NCBI GenBank assembly: GCA_965279035.1
Contig: OZ257142.1
Coordinates: 1,088,001-1,152,000 of the forward strand
Reading direction: 5' to 3'
From: Bacteroidia bacterium
GTDB taxonomy: Bacteria; Bacteroidota; Bacteroidia; M30B66
DNA: 64,000 nt
The first letter of the stretch is position 1, and each line of letters opens with the position of its first letter. Positions 9,110 through 18,900 of the stretch are shown piece after piece. Under the pieces are notes generated by a model. The model was not told where the DNA came from. It saw only the letters and a list, made by a program, of their open reading frames with translations, and did no database searches. A program made the position numbers and the translations under genes.

Positions 9110-11182
9110 TTAGTTTTCGTTTGGTAGGAATGAATAACGTTTACCGTAATCCAACATTTGTCCGGAGAATGATGCAGGGTATTCCACTTTCACATCCACA
9201 AATTTTCCTCCTTCAATAACAGGAACCAAGCGTGGTTGAATAAATCCTTTGTATGGAGCTGAAGAAAGTTCTGCAAAACGATCTTTCACTTCTTTGTGAA
9301 TAATAGGATCTACTTTCACCCCATAATACTCTACTAAATTCTGTCCAGCTACAAAGTCGCCTTGCGATTTTATACGTTGAATTTCGCGAAGCAAATCGCC
9401 AAACAGTGCACGTAGCTTTACGTAGTCGTTAATTTTAACATAGGTTTTTCCATCGCGTTTAATTAGTTCAACTACATTATCCGCTTTTCCTTTTTCATAC
9501 ACCCATTTAGCCACCAATTGACGATTTCGCATGTGGGCTTCTTCGATGCTTTTTCCAAGCTCAATGCGATTTAGTTGTAGCATCAAACCATTCAATAGAT
9601 AACTATCGTATTCGGCTTTTCCACAGTCGGTGCTCGGCATCACGCCAATTTCAACCAGTTTAGGATCGGTGATATAATAAAGCGCAACCAAATCGGCACG
9701 AGCTTCTTCCAAGGCATTTTGGTAGTTCTTCAAGGTAATGTCGGGAGTTGCAACGCCATCTTCCAATTGACCACTTGCATGACCAATCACTTCGTGCATA
9801 TCGGTATGAAGTTCAGAAGCTAAGTTTCCGTATTGACGAGCACGCGCTTTTGTTTCTTCATTTAAGCTAAACTCATCGGTAACAGGGCTTTTTGCAGAAG
9901 AAATGTTATACGCATTAACAATGTTACCAAGTGCTACAGACTTAGAACCATAATCATGACGAATCCAATCACTGTTTGGAAGATTAATTCCAATGGGAGT
10001 AGAAGGAGCAGAATCGCCACTTTCCACAATAGCAACAATTGATTTTCCGATGATGCCTTTTACTTCCTTTTTCTTATGATTGGGTTGAAGTGGTGAATTG
10101 TCTTCGAACCATTGTGCATTGTTAGCGATTGTTTCAATTTTCTTGGTGGCTTCAAAATCTTTCAAAGAAACCACTGCTTCGAAACTTCCACGTTTTCCCA
10201 ATGCATCTTGATAAACTTCAATAAAGCCATTCACATTGTCGATGGTCGAATTCACATCACTCACCCAAGCAATGTTATATTCGTTGAATTTCTTTAAATC
10301 GCCCGTTTTGTAAAACTCAACTAGCAATTCGAGCGATTTTTTTTGCTCTGGAGTTTCTGCAACGGTGCTTGCCATTTGAAGCCAATAAACAATCTTCTCA
10401 ATAGCGGCAGTGTACATTCCACCTACTTTCCATGGAATTTCTACAATCTTTCCATCCACTTTCATCAACTTCGAATTCAAGCCATACTCTACTGGAGTTT
10501 TGTCGTCAGGATTGTTTTTCGCTGCATAAAAATCTTCCACTTCTTTTTGAGTAACACCTTCGTAGAAGTTATTGGCAGAACCTGTGATATTGTCGATTCC
10601 GGAAGCTAAATTGACTGTTTTCGAATCCACTTTCGCATCGAACATAACCGGTTGAAGAAAAGCAAGAAATTGATCAACCGTTTGACCTTGCGCTAAAGGA
10701 AGTTGTTTCGGATCGGATGCTTTTACCCAAGTTGAAAAACTTTCAAAAGAAAAAGCAGGAAGTATTTTATCACTTGCATAATGGTGGTGAATACCGTTGG
10801 AGAACCATACTTGTTTAGAATATTCTTCGAACTTTAAATATTCCGTAGTGCTTTTAGGACCTTTATAAGTGTTCCAAATAGCTTCAATGGTGCGACGAAC
10901 TTTTAAGTTGTTTTTGTATTTCTGATCCCAGATAATGTCGCGTCCAGATAATGCAGCTTCGTATAGATAATAAGCAAGCTCTTTTTGTTTCACACTCAAA
11001 TTTTCAAATCCAGGAACCTGATATCGTAATACCAAAACATCCCCAAAGCGATCGGCTTCTACTTTAAATTCTTCAGGTTTAGAGTCGATACGGACTTTTG
11101 AGGGTTTGCCCGTTTGTGCTAGCAGCGATGTATTAATCGATGAGAAGGCAAATGCTGCTAAAAGCAACAGTAGTTTATTCAT
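9110..11182 (-). CDS. Dipeptidyl-peptidase III (family M49)
   Basis: HEVIGH (HExxGH) and EEARAD motifs; GINLPN; signal peptide. Confidence 0.93.
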   Translation of the reverse strand: MNKLLLLLAAFAFSSINTSLLAQTGKPSKVRIDSKPEEFKVEADRFGDVLVLRYQVPGFENLSVKQKELAYYLYEAALSGRDIIWDQKYKNNLKVRRTIEAIWNTYKGPKSTTEYLKFEEYSKQVWFSNGIHHHYASDKILPAFSFESFSTWVKASDPKQLPLAQGQTVDQFLAFLQPVMFDAKVDSKTVNLASGIDNITGSANNFYEGVTQKEVEDFYAAKNNPDDKTPVEYGLNSKLMKVDGKIVEIPWKVGGMYTAAIEKIVYWLQMASTVAETPEQKKSLELLVEFYKTGDLKKFNEYNIAWVSDVNSTIDNVNGFIEVYQDALGKRGSFEAVVSLKDFEATKKIETIANNAQWFEDNSPLQPNHKKKEVKGIIGKSIVAIVESGDSAPSTPIGINLPNSDWIRHDYGSKSVALGNIVNAYNISSAKSPVTDEFSLNEETKARARQYGNLASELHTDMHEVIGHASGQLEDGVATPDITLKNYQNALEEARADLVALYYITDPKLVEIGVMPSTDCGKAEYDSYLLNGLMLQLNRIELGKSIEEAHMRNRQLVAKWVYEKGKADNVVELIKRDGKTYVKINDYVKLRALFGDLLREIQRIKSQGDFVAGQNLVEYYGVKVDPIIHKEVKDRFAELSSAPYKGFIQPRLVPVIEGGKFVDVKVEYPASFSGQMLDYGKRYSFLPNEN

Positions 11183-11236
11183 AAGAATTGATTTTAGGAA
11201 AGAGCGACAAATTTAACCGAATCTCTCGATGAGCAA

Positions 11237-11605
11237 TTATTTTCGGAATGTGAACCAAACGGCAAATACTAAACAGATAAATGCAGCAATATGATTCCAT
11301 TCGAATTTCTCCGATCGGAAAACAAATACCGCCATAAGAGCAAACACGGTTAATGAAACTACTTCTTGGATTACTTTGAGTTGAATCAAGCTAAAAGGGC
11401 CACCATTGCTTTCATGTCCAATTCGGTTTGCTGGAACTTGAAACATATATTCGAACAAAGCCAATCCCCAACTCAAAAGAATAATTCCAAGTAATCCCCA
11501 TTTCATGATTGGGGAAGATTTTTTCATATACAAATGGCCATACCAAGCCAATGTCATAAAAACATTAGATAAGACGAGTAAGCCAATTGTAAAGAAACCT
11601 TTCAT
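11237..11605 (-). CDS. DMT-family small membrane protein (DUF486-type)
   Basis: From ATG 11605: SNVFMTLAWYGHL...EYMFQVPANRIG...QLKVIQEV. Confidence 0.85.
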   Translation of the reverse strand: MKGFFTIGLLVLSNVFMTLAWYGHLYMKKSSPIMKWGLLGIILLSWGLALFEYMFQVPANRIGHESNGGPFSLIQLKVIQEVVSLTVFALMAVFVFRSEKFEWNHIAAFICLVFAVWFTFRK

Positions 11606-13173
11606 TATCCCTTTTGTCTTCTGCGTGAAGGTTTCACAGGAGCTGGAGTTTCTTTCCAACTAAAAATATCCATCCGATTCATTGGGCGATGATCTCCTAG
11701 CCAACGAAATCCACGCAGCATAATTTCTTCTTTGGTGGGCTCATTCACTGGATATAAAATCGCATTGGGATCTTGAATAAAAGTGATGCTTTGCACTTTA
11801 TTACTATCAATAAAAATCATCATATCCGAACACAGCGCTTTGTTTACTCCGATGTATCCATCGCCATCTCCTTGTGCATAATAAACCGATTCACCATTTC
11901 CCTCTACTTTAATTCTATCTAATTCATTCTTGTTGAAATAACCTGTAATGTTCCTGCCTTTTATTTGGTTAAAATGGGCTGTATCTTCTTGAGAACCTAT
12001 AAATCCATTCGTTCTAAGAAACAAGGTTTCAAGCGAATTATTGGCTAATTGAATACGAACGGTATCGCCTGTTAATTGATTTTCTTCGTTCCAAAGAATA
12101 GGATTTCGAAAGAGCTTCATCAAACTATCGCTTTCAGAATAGGTAAGAGAATCACACTTTCCTTGAAAATCTTTTTTATAAAATTTCACTTTGTGATAGG
12201 CAAATAAAGTTCGCTTATCAATCACTGTATCTAAGATTGAAAGCAAAGTATCACCATGGAGAAATAGGGTGTCTTTCCCAAATTCTTTTTCCATGGCTGC
12301 ACTATCGGTCATCAAAATTCTTCCTGTAAATTCATTGTAATCAGCATAATGTCCGGTAAGAACAACCGCTTGTGCTGTATCACTTATTCGAACATGATTT
12401 CGTGCTCGTCCTTCGCCCGTTTTGCGGTTGTAGAAAAGTTTATCGCCTTTGATTTGCTGCTTTTTACTATCCAAACGAGCATTTTTTCCAAATTCCGATA
12501 TATCGGTTTTGGTATTGTAAAATCCATTTTCGCAATAAATCAAGTTTTCTTTAGAAGTGATTGTTGTAGGTCCGAAGAAGTAAGATGTTTTATTGACGGT
12601 TGAATATTGCAATGTATCACTCACCATCACATACTCCTTGTTGGTCAACTTCACATTCTTTCTAAAATAAAATGTCCTGTTCGCACTGTTATACATCCCG
12701 AACTGACTCACCAACTCATTCTTCTCACTGATGATTTTCCCACCAGTAGTATAGCGAGCTTGCTTACTGTTATTATCGAATTGCAATCGGCTTGTTGTTA
12801 ATACCGAAGAAGGATCAGTCATTCGAACATTTCCAACGATATCGGCAATTTTGGTTTTGCCATCGTAGGTTAAATTTTGTCCGGTAACTACGACGCTATC
12901 GCCTACAATACGAACATTTGAATACGCTTCTAGCCGATTCTCTTTATCGAAAAGATAGGCGCTGTCGCAATAAAGTAAGGTGCCATCGTGTTCGAAAATA
13001 ACATTCCCGACAAGTCGTTGCGCATCTACACGATCGTCGAACTCGAGGCTATTGGCGCTTTTAATGTTGATTTTCCGGCTCGTTTGCCCTGCTATAGTTC
13101 CAGTAAAAACTAGAAACAGCATGAGAAAAAAGAAATTCCTTCTACCCGAAAAACAATTCAAAAATCGAAACAT
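11605..13173 (-). CDS. OstA/LptA-like beta-jellyroll protein
   Basis: GNVIFEHDGTLLYCDSAY, repeated beta-taco segments, FNQIKGR; start chosen at ATG 13173. Confidence 0.85.
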   Translation of the reverse strand: MFRFLNCFSGRRNFFFLMLFLVFTGTIAGQTSRKINIKSANSLEFDDRVDAQRLVGNVIFEHDGTLLYCDSAYLFDKENRLEAYSNVRIVGDSVVVTGQNLTYDGKTKIADIVGNVRMTDPSSVLTTSRLQFDNNSKQARYTTGGKIISEKNELVSQFGMYNSANRTFYFRKNVKLTNKEYVMVSDTLQYSTVNKTSYFFGPTTITSKENLIYCENGFYNTKTDISEFGKNARLDSKKQQIKGDKLFYNRKTGEGRARNHVRISDTAQAVVLTGHYADYNEFTGRILMTDSAAMEKEFGKDTLFLHGDTLLSILDTVIDKRTLFAYHKVKFYKKDFQGKCDSLTYSESDSLMKLFRNPILWNEENQLTGDTVRIQLANNSLETLFLRTNGFIGSQEDTAHFNQIKGRNITGYFNKNELDRIKVEGNGESVYYAQGDGDGYIGVNKALCSDMMIFIDSNKVQSITFIQDPNAILYPVNEPTKEEIMLRGFRWLGDHRPMNRMDIFSWKETPAPVKPSRRRQKG

Positions 13174-13317
13174 ATTTCGCTGCAAATGTAAAGGATATTC
13201 AACGAACGGAAAGTCGATTTAGCGTATTGTAAAGCGATGATTCTCCTATTTAGTTTATCCGTTCAATTCGAAGTTTGAATCCCAAAAACAGTATGTTTGC
13301 TGCATAATTTCAAAATC

Positions 13318-14370
13318 ATGAGTTTCCCTGTCGAGCGCGTTTCTGAATCACGAATTTCCACTGTCGATTTTACACATCTGCCATTCGGTAAGATATTTTC
13401 AGACCACATGTTTATGGCCGAATACGATGGTAAAAACTGGGTGAATCCGAGAATCGTTCCATATGCTCCGATTTCGCTTAGTCCGGCATCTTCGGTTTTT
13501 CATTACGGACAAGCCATATTTGAAGGTTTGAAAGTGTTTCGCAGCGATAAGGATGAGCTATTATTTTTTCGTCCCGAAGAGAATTACAAGCGCATGCAGC
13601 AATCGGCAATTCGTTTATGCATGCCTCCAGTGCCTGAACATATTTTCATGGATGGACTTCGTCAGCTTGTTGCATTGGATGCTGATTGGGTTCCCAAAGG
13701 AGATGAAAATTCCCTTTACGTTCGTCCGGTTTTATTTGCAACAGAACCTGTGCTTGGAGTGAAACCATCTGAAACCTATTCATTTATCATACTCACTTCC
13801 CCAACAGGTGCATATTATACCGAAGATCTGAAAGTAGTGATTGAAAAAACCTATTCACGCGCAAGCCGCAGCGGGACTGGTTTTGCCAAAGCTGCAGGGA
13901 ATTATGCTGGTGCTTTGTATCCAACACAACTAGCTCAGCAAAAAGGCTACAATCAAGTAATCTGGACTGATGCGGCTACCAATACCAAAGTAGAAGAATC
14001 GGGCACCATGAATTTGATGTTTGTGATTAACGGAGTGTTGATTACTCCATCATTGAGCCCAAGTAAACTGGCAGGAATCACACGTGATAGTGTAATTGAA
14101 TTAGCTCGCCACTGGGGAATGCTGGTTCAGGAACGCGATGTTTCAGTGAGTGAAATTATTGGTGCTTTCCGCGCAGGAACTTTAGAAGAAGCGTTTGGAA
14201 CCGGAACTGCCGCTAATATTGCTCATATCTCGGTTATTGGCCACGAAGGAGAAGACTTTAAAGTTCCCGAATTGCATGCAGATTTATTTTCGGTAAAAGC
14301 ATTACGTTTCCTCAACGACCTCAAAGCAGGACGCACAGCTGATCCATTTAGCTGGATTACGAAATTGTAA
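13318..14370 (+). CDS. ilvE: Branched-chain amino acid aminotransferase
   Basis: FHYGQAIFEGLK, AKAAGNY, EESGTMN, LAGITRDS and GTGTAA motifs. Confidence 0.95.
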   Translation: MSFPVERVSESRISTVDFTHLPFGKIFSDHMFMAEYDGKNWVNPRIVPYAPISLSPASSVFHYGQAIFEGLKVFRSDKDELLFFRPEENYKRMQQSAIRLCMPPVPEHIFMDGLRQLVALDADWVPKGDENSLYVRPVLFATEPVLGVKPSETYSFIILTSPTGAYYTEDLKVVIEKTYSRASRSGTGFAKAAGNYAGALYPTQLAQQKGYNQVIWTDAATNTKVEESGTMNLMFVINGVLITPSLSPSKLAGITRDSVIELARHWGMLVQERDVSVSEIIGAFRAGTLEEAFGTGTAANIAHISVIGHEGEDFKVPELHADLFSVKALRFLNDLKAGRTADPFSWITKL

Positions 14371-14374
14371 AGAA

Positions 14375-15643
14375 TTATCGAAGTCGAATGGTTTGTTCGC
14401 GGTCTGGGCCAACAGAAACGATGGTTACCGGAACTTCCAATGCGGTTTCGATGTAGCGGATGTAGGCTTTTAAACTTTCAGGAAATTGTTCGAGTGAACG
14501 AATGCCTGTAAGGTCTTCATTCCAACCGGGTAAATCGGTATAAACAGGTTGAACGTAGCGTGGATCGATGTCGAATGGAAATTCATCGGTTTCAACTCCA
14601 TCAACGATATAAGCAGTACAAACTTTCACTGTTTCGAAACCACTCAGCACATCGGCTTTGGTCATTATGAGTTGAGTAACTCCGTTGATCAAAATCGAAT
14701 ATTTCAAAGCAGGTAAATCCAACCAACCACAACGGCGAGGACGACCTGTTGTCGCACCGAATTCACGACCAATCTGACGAATTTTTTCGCCTGTTTCATT
14801 TTCCAATTCGGTAGGAAATGGACCGCTACCAACACGTGTGCAATATGCTTTGAAAATCCCAAGTACTTCGCCAATTCTGCCAGGAGCAACACCTAATCCA
14901 GTGCAGGCTCCAGCACTAATGGTATTGGATGAAGTAACAAATGGGTAAGAACCGAAATCAATGTCGAGTAAAGATCCTTGAGCACCTTCGGCCAAAACTT
15001 TTTTTCCAGCTTTGAGTTGATGATTCAATACATGTTCGCTGTCGATGTGTTGGAAACCGCGTAAATGCTCAATTCCTTCGAAAAATGCAGGTTCTAATTC
15101 TGATAGATCATAGCTAAATTGATAATGAGCCAACATTTCTTCATGCTTTTGCACCAAAAAACGGTAGCGTTCCATGAAATCAGCACGCATGATATCGCCT
15201 ACACGTAAGCCATTTCGGCCAGTTTTGTCCATATAGGTTGGACCAATTCCTTTGAGAGTTGAACCAATCTTGGATGTTCCTTTTGAAGCTTCCGAAGCTG
15301 CATCTAGCAAGCGATGCGTTGGAAGAATCAAATGCGCTTTACGAGAAAGATGCAGGTTTTTATGTGCATCAACGCCCAATTTCGTTAAGGCATCGATTTC
15401 TTTTTTGAAAATGACTGGATCGATTACCACTCCATTTCCAACGATATTCATGCATTCGGGATGAAATATGCCCGATGGAATGGTGTGTAGCACATGCTTA
15501 ATACCGTTGAACTCTAACGAATGTCCAGCATTTGGACCGCCTTGAAAACGAGCAATTACTTCGTATTCGGGAGATAAAACATCTACGATTTTCCCTTTTC
15601 CTTCATCGCCCCATTGCAGGCCCAGCAGTATGTCAAGCTTCAT
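14375..15643 (-). CDS. purA: Adenylosuccinate synthetase
   Basis: GLQWGDEGKGK, GGPNAGH, EGAQG and GATTGRPRRCGWLD motifs. Confidence 0.98.
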   Translation of the reverse strand: MKLDILLGLQWGDEGKGKIVDVLSPEYEVIARFQGGPNAGHSLEFNGIKHVLHTIPSGIFHPECMNIVGNGVVIDPVIFKKEIDALTKLGVDAHKNLHLSRKAHLILPTHRLLDAASEASKGTSKIGSTLKGIGPTYMDKTGRNGLRVGDIMRADFMERYRFLVQKHEEMLAHYQFSYDLSELEPAFFEGIEHLRGFQHIDSEHVLNHQLKAGKKVLAEGAQGSLLDIDFGSYPFVTSSNTISAGACTGLGVAPGRIGEVLGIFKAYCTRVGSGPFPTELENETGEKIRQIGREFGATTGRPRRCGWLDLPALKYSILINGVTQLIMTKADVLSGFETVKVCTAYIVDGVETDEFPFDIDPRYVQPVYTDLPGWNEDLTGIRSLEQFPESLKAYIRYIETALEVPVTIVSVGPDREQTIRLR

Positions 15644-16010
15644 TTTTTGGATGTTCTGATTGTCCGAGTTTAAGCATGATAGCAGCTTCTTCTCGATTGG
15701 TTGTTTGTTGAATGACTGCGTCGAGTTTCGTAATAACGAGCAGCTTTTGCAATTTGTCGTTTATGTTACACATTACCACTTCTCCATTCGCATTGCGAGC
15801 TCGGGTGAACAGGTTGATTAGTACATTCAATCCGCTGCTGTTGAGGTAATCGAGATGTTGTAAATCGAGAATCAATCGCGTTCTACCATAGATGATGATT
15901 TCTGATATTTCATCCAGCAATTCCTGAGCTTCTTGTCGCTCCATAAGACTTCCATGTAAACTAAATACAGGAAGATTTTCTATTTCATCAATTTCAAATG
16001 AAAATGCCAT
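15633..16010 (-). CDS. STAS-domain anti-sigma-factor antagonist
   Basis: LILDLQHLDYLNSSGLNVL matches the SpoIIAA/RsbV phosphoserine motif. Confidence 0.9.
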   Translation of the reverse strand: MAFSFEIDEIENLPVFSLHGSLMERQEAQELLDEISEIIIYGRTRLILDLQHLDYLNSSGLNVLINLFTRARNANGEVVMCNINDKLQKLLVITKLDAVIQQTTNREEAAIMLKLGQSEHPKNEA

Positions 16011-16495
16011 CAGTTATTCGGATTGGGATGATTTTCACAAACACCTTTCTCAGCGAGCTTGTTGCAATGCCCGTAAAAAGTAAGTGAATGACTGCTGATA
16101 TTGAAATTCAATAATTCACCTGTCATGCTTTGAATTTGCTGAATTCGTGGATCGCAGAATTCAAACACTTTCTGACACTCGGAACAAATCAAATGATCGT
16201 GTTGCTTGTATTTATATGATTTTTCAAACTGTGCTTGGTTTTTTCCAAACTGATGGCGAGTAACCAAATTACAGGTGAGCAATAATTCGATAGTGTTGTA
16301 TAAAGTTGCTCGGCTTACACGGTACTTTTTATTTTTCATGTAAACGTAAAGCGACTCAATGTCGAAATGCCCTGAATGAGAGTAAATTTCATCCAAGATC
16401 GCAAAACGTTCGGGCGTTTTACGGTGCCCGTTCTGCTCGAGATAATCGGAGAATATCTGTTTTACGGTGTCTTTGGTTTCTTGATCTGAGGACAT
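16010..16495 (-). CDS. fur: Fur-family transcriptional regulator
   Basis: RKTPERFAIL, VSRATLYNT, HDHLICSEC and FYGHC motifs; start at ATG 16495 (MSSDQ). Confidence 0.92.
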   Translation of the reverse strand: MSSDQETKDTVKQIFSDYLEQNGHRKTPERFAILDEIYSHSGHFDIESLYVYMKNKKYRVSRATLYNTIELLLTCNLVTRHQFGKNQAQFEKSYKYKQHDHLICSECQKVFEFCDPRIQQIQSMTGELLNFNISSHSLTFYGHCNKLAEKGVCENHPNPNN

Positions 16496-16564
16496 AGTGT
16501 TTTGGGCAGGCGCAAAAGTAGTAAAAAGCAGCAGCGCCAAAACGAAAAATAGCCTTTCTTTCAA

Positions 16565-18805
16565 TCAGTTGGAATCAATTCGAACAACCGAGGTAACTCC
16601 CTTTACCTGCTTGATTTTACCCATCAAACTGGTGAGGTGATTCGTATCGTGAACAAATACCATAATGTTACCTTCGAAAACGCCGTCCTGACTATCAAAA
16701 CTGATCGAACGCATATTCACATTGAGTTCGTTCGAGATAATTCGGGTGATGTTGTTTACTATTCCAACATCATCAATTCCATTTACTCTGATTCCCGCCA
16801 TGAACGCAATTTGCTGCTGATTCATCCAGCGTGCTTTCACAATCCGATAGGCATAATTCGACATCAAACTAATGGCGTTCGGACAATTGGTTTTATGAAT
16901 CTTGATGCCTTCGTTGATCGTTACAAAACCAAAAACTTCGTCACCCGGAATTGGGTTGCAACAGGAAGCTAGTTTATAATCGATGCGTTCCATGTCCTCG
17001 CCAATAACCAACATGTCGGTTTTTCCACGGATATCTTTTACGATATTTTCGAGCGTTGCCGGTTGATCGTCTTTGCTATCGGAGTCGCTGCGTTTGAATT
17101 TATCACGAAGTACTTTGTACCAACTGTTTTGCTCGCCTTTGGCAATCTTAGCAATATTCTCAAGTTTGATGATTCCTTCACCGATGCTGTAAAACAAATC
17201 AAGCTGACTGTGAACTTTGAAATGCTTCAACAAATTATTGATCACATTTCCATCGAGTGCAATTTTATTGGCTTTGAGCTTTTTGTCGAGAATGTCTTTT
17301 CCTTCATCCGCTACTTTGCGTTTCTCTTCTTTTAAAGCCGACTTTATCTTCGAACGTGCTTTGGCTGTAACTACAAAGTTGAGCCAATCTTCTTTCGGCT
17401 TTTGTTTGCTAGAGCTAAGAATTTCAATCTGATCACCACTTTTTAACTTATGACTTAGCGGAACAAGTTTGTTATTCACCTTTGCTCCAATACAAGCCAT
17501 TCCTACTTCGGAGTGAATTTCAAAGGCAAAATCCAAAGCAGATGAACCACTTGGTAAGGTTTTCAATTCGCCCTTTGGTGTGAAGATAAAAATCTCTTCA
17601 GAAAACAGGTTGAGTTTAAAGTCGTTGATGAATTCTAATGCATTGGTATCGGTATTATCCAACATTTCACGAATTCTTCCTAGCCATTCATCGATGCCAC
17701 TTTCATAATCGCTACGTTCCTTATATTTCCAATGAGCAGCATAACCACGTTCAGCGATATCGTCCATGCGTTTCGAACGAATCTGCACTTCTACCCATTT
17801 ACCAGTTGGGCTCATCACAGTTGTATGCAGCGACTCATATCCATTGGCTCGTGGTGTAGAAATCCAATCGCGCAAACGATCCGGACTTGGTTGATATATA
17901 TCGGTGATGATGGAATACACACGCCAACAATCGGCCTTCTCTGTATCTTCTGGAGAATCAATGATGATGCGGATTGCAAATATGTCGAAGATTTCTTCAA
18001 AGGGAATTCCCTTGATTTTGATTTTATTATAAATTGAATAAATCGACTTCGGACGTCCTTTGATATCAAAGGTAAAACCTTGTTCGGTGAGGTTGTTACG
18101 AATTGGATTTACAAAGCGACTGATGAATCGTTTCCGAACTTCATCGGTGTTTTTTAATTTGGTGATGATTTCATCGTAGATGTCGGGCTGTGTGTACATT
18201 AAGCCCAAATCTTCCATCTCCGTTTTGATTTTATACAAACCCAAGCGATGCGCAAGTGGAGCGTATAAAAACAAAGTCTCAGACGCGATCTTGAGTTGTT
18301 TGTCGCGCGCCATGCTGCTAAGCGTTCGCATGTTATGCAGGCGATCGGCGAGTTTGATTAAGATAACACGAACATCATCACTTAATGTAAGCAGTACTTT
18401 TCGGAAATTCTCTGCTTGAATGGATGTGCTTTGATCAAAAACATTCTCAATTTTAGTAAGGCCGTCGATGATTTTGGCTTCCGTTTCTCCAAACATCGAA
18501 CGGATGTCTTCGAGTGTTACATCAGTGTCTTCAACGGTATCGTGTAAAAGAGCACAAATAACAGCCGTTGCACCAAGTCCCATTTCGCTCACAGCAATTT
18601 GAGCAACAGCAATTGGATGATAGATGTACGGTTCGCCCGATTTGCGACGCATGTCTTTATGCGCATCTAAGGCTAGTTCAAACGCTTTACGAATTTGAAG
18701 TTTATCGTGTTTGTCGATCTTGTCGCTTAAAGGACGCAACAAGGCTAAATACCTTTTGAGTATCTCTTTCTTTTCTTTCTCAAGATCGATAATAGGTTCT
18801 GGCAT
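16565..18805 (-). CDS. relA: Bifunctional (p)ppGpp synthetase/hydrolase
   Basis: RKSGEPYIYHP, HDTVED (HD domain), NGYESLHTT, EVQIR, TGS domain, CCNPIPGD and a C-terminal ACT domain. Confidence 0.96.
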   Translation of the reverse strand: MPEPIIDLEKEKKEILKRYLALLRPLSDKIDKHDKLQIRKAFELALDAHKDMRRKSGEPYIYHPIAVAQIAVSEMGLGATAVICALLHDTVEDTDVTLEDIRSMFGETEAKIIDGLTKIENVFDQSTSIQAENFRKVLLTLSDDVRVILIKLADRLHNMRTLSSMARDKQLKIASETLFLYAPLAHRLGLYKIKTEMEDLGLMYTQPDIYDEIITKLKNTDEVRKRFISRFVNPIRNNLTEQGFTFDIKGRPKSIYSIYNKIKIKGIPFEEIFDIFAIRIIIDSPEDTEKADCWRVYSIITDIYQPSPDRLRDWISTPRANGYESLHTTVMSPTGKWVEVQIRSKRMDDIAERGYAAHWKYKERSDYESGIDEWLGRIREMLDNTDTNALEFINDFKLNLFSEEIFIFTPKGELKTLPSGSSALDFAFEIHSEVGMACIGAKVNNKLVPLSHKLKSGDQIEILSSSKQKPKEDWLNFVVTAKARSKIKSALKEEKRKVADEGKDILDKKLKANKIALDGNVINNLLKHFKVHSQLDLFYSIGEGIIKLENIAKIAKGEQNSWYKVLRDKFKRSDSDSKDDQPATLENIVKDIRGKTDMLVIGEDMERIDYKLASCCNPIPGDEVFGFVTINEGIKIHKTNCPNAISLMSNYAYRIVKARWMNQQQIAFMAGIRVNGIDDVGIVNNITRIISNELNVNMRSISFDSQDGVFEGNIMVFVHDTNHLTSLMGKIKQVKGVTSVVRIDSN

Positions 18806-18900
18806 AGATAAACTGATAAACCTGTAAAATTAAGGATCGTAGCTATGCAGAATCACATTCCTTATCAATTTACCACCGATGCATTGTTAAAGAAATTCCA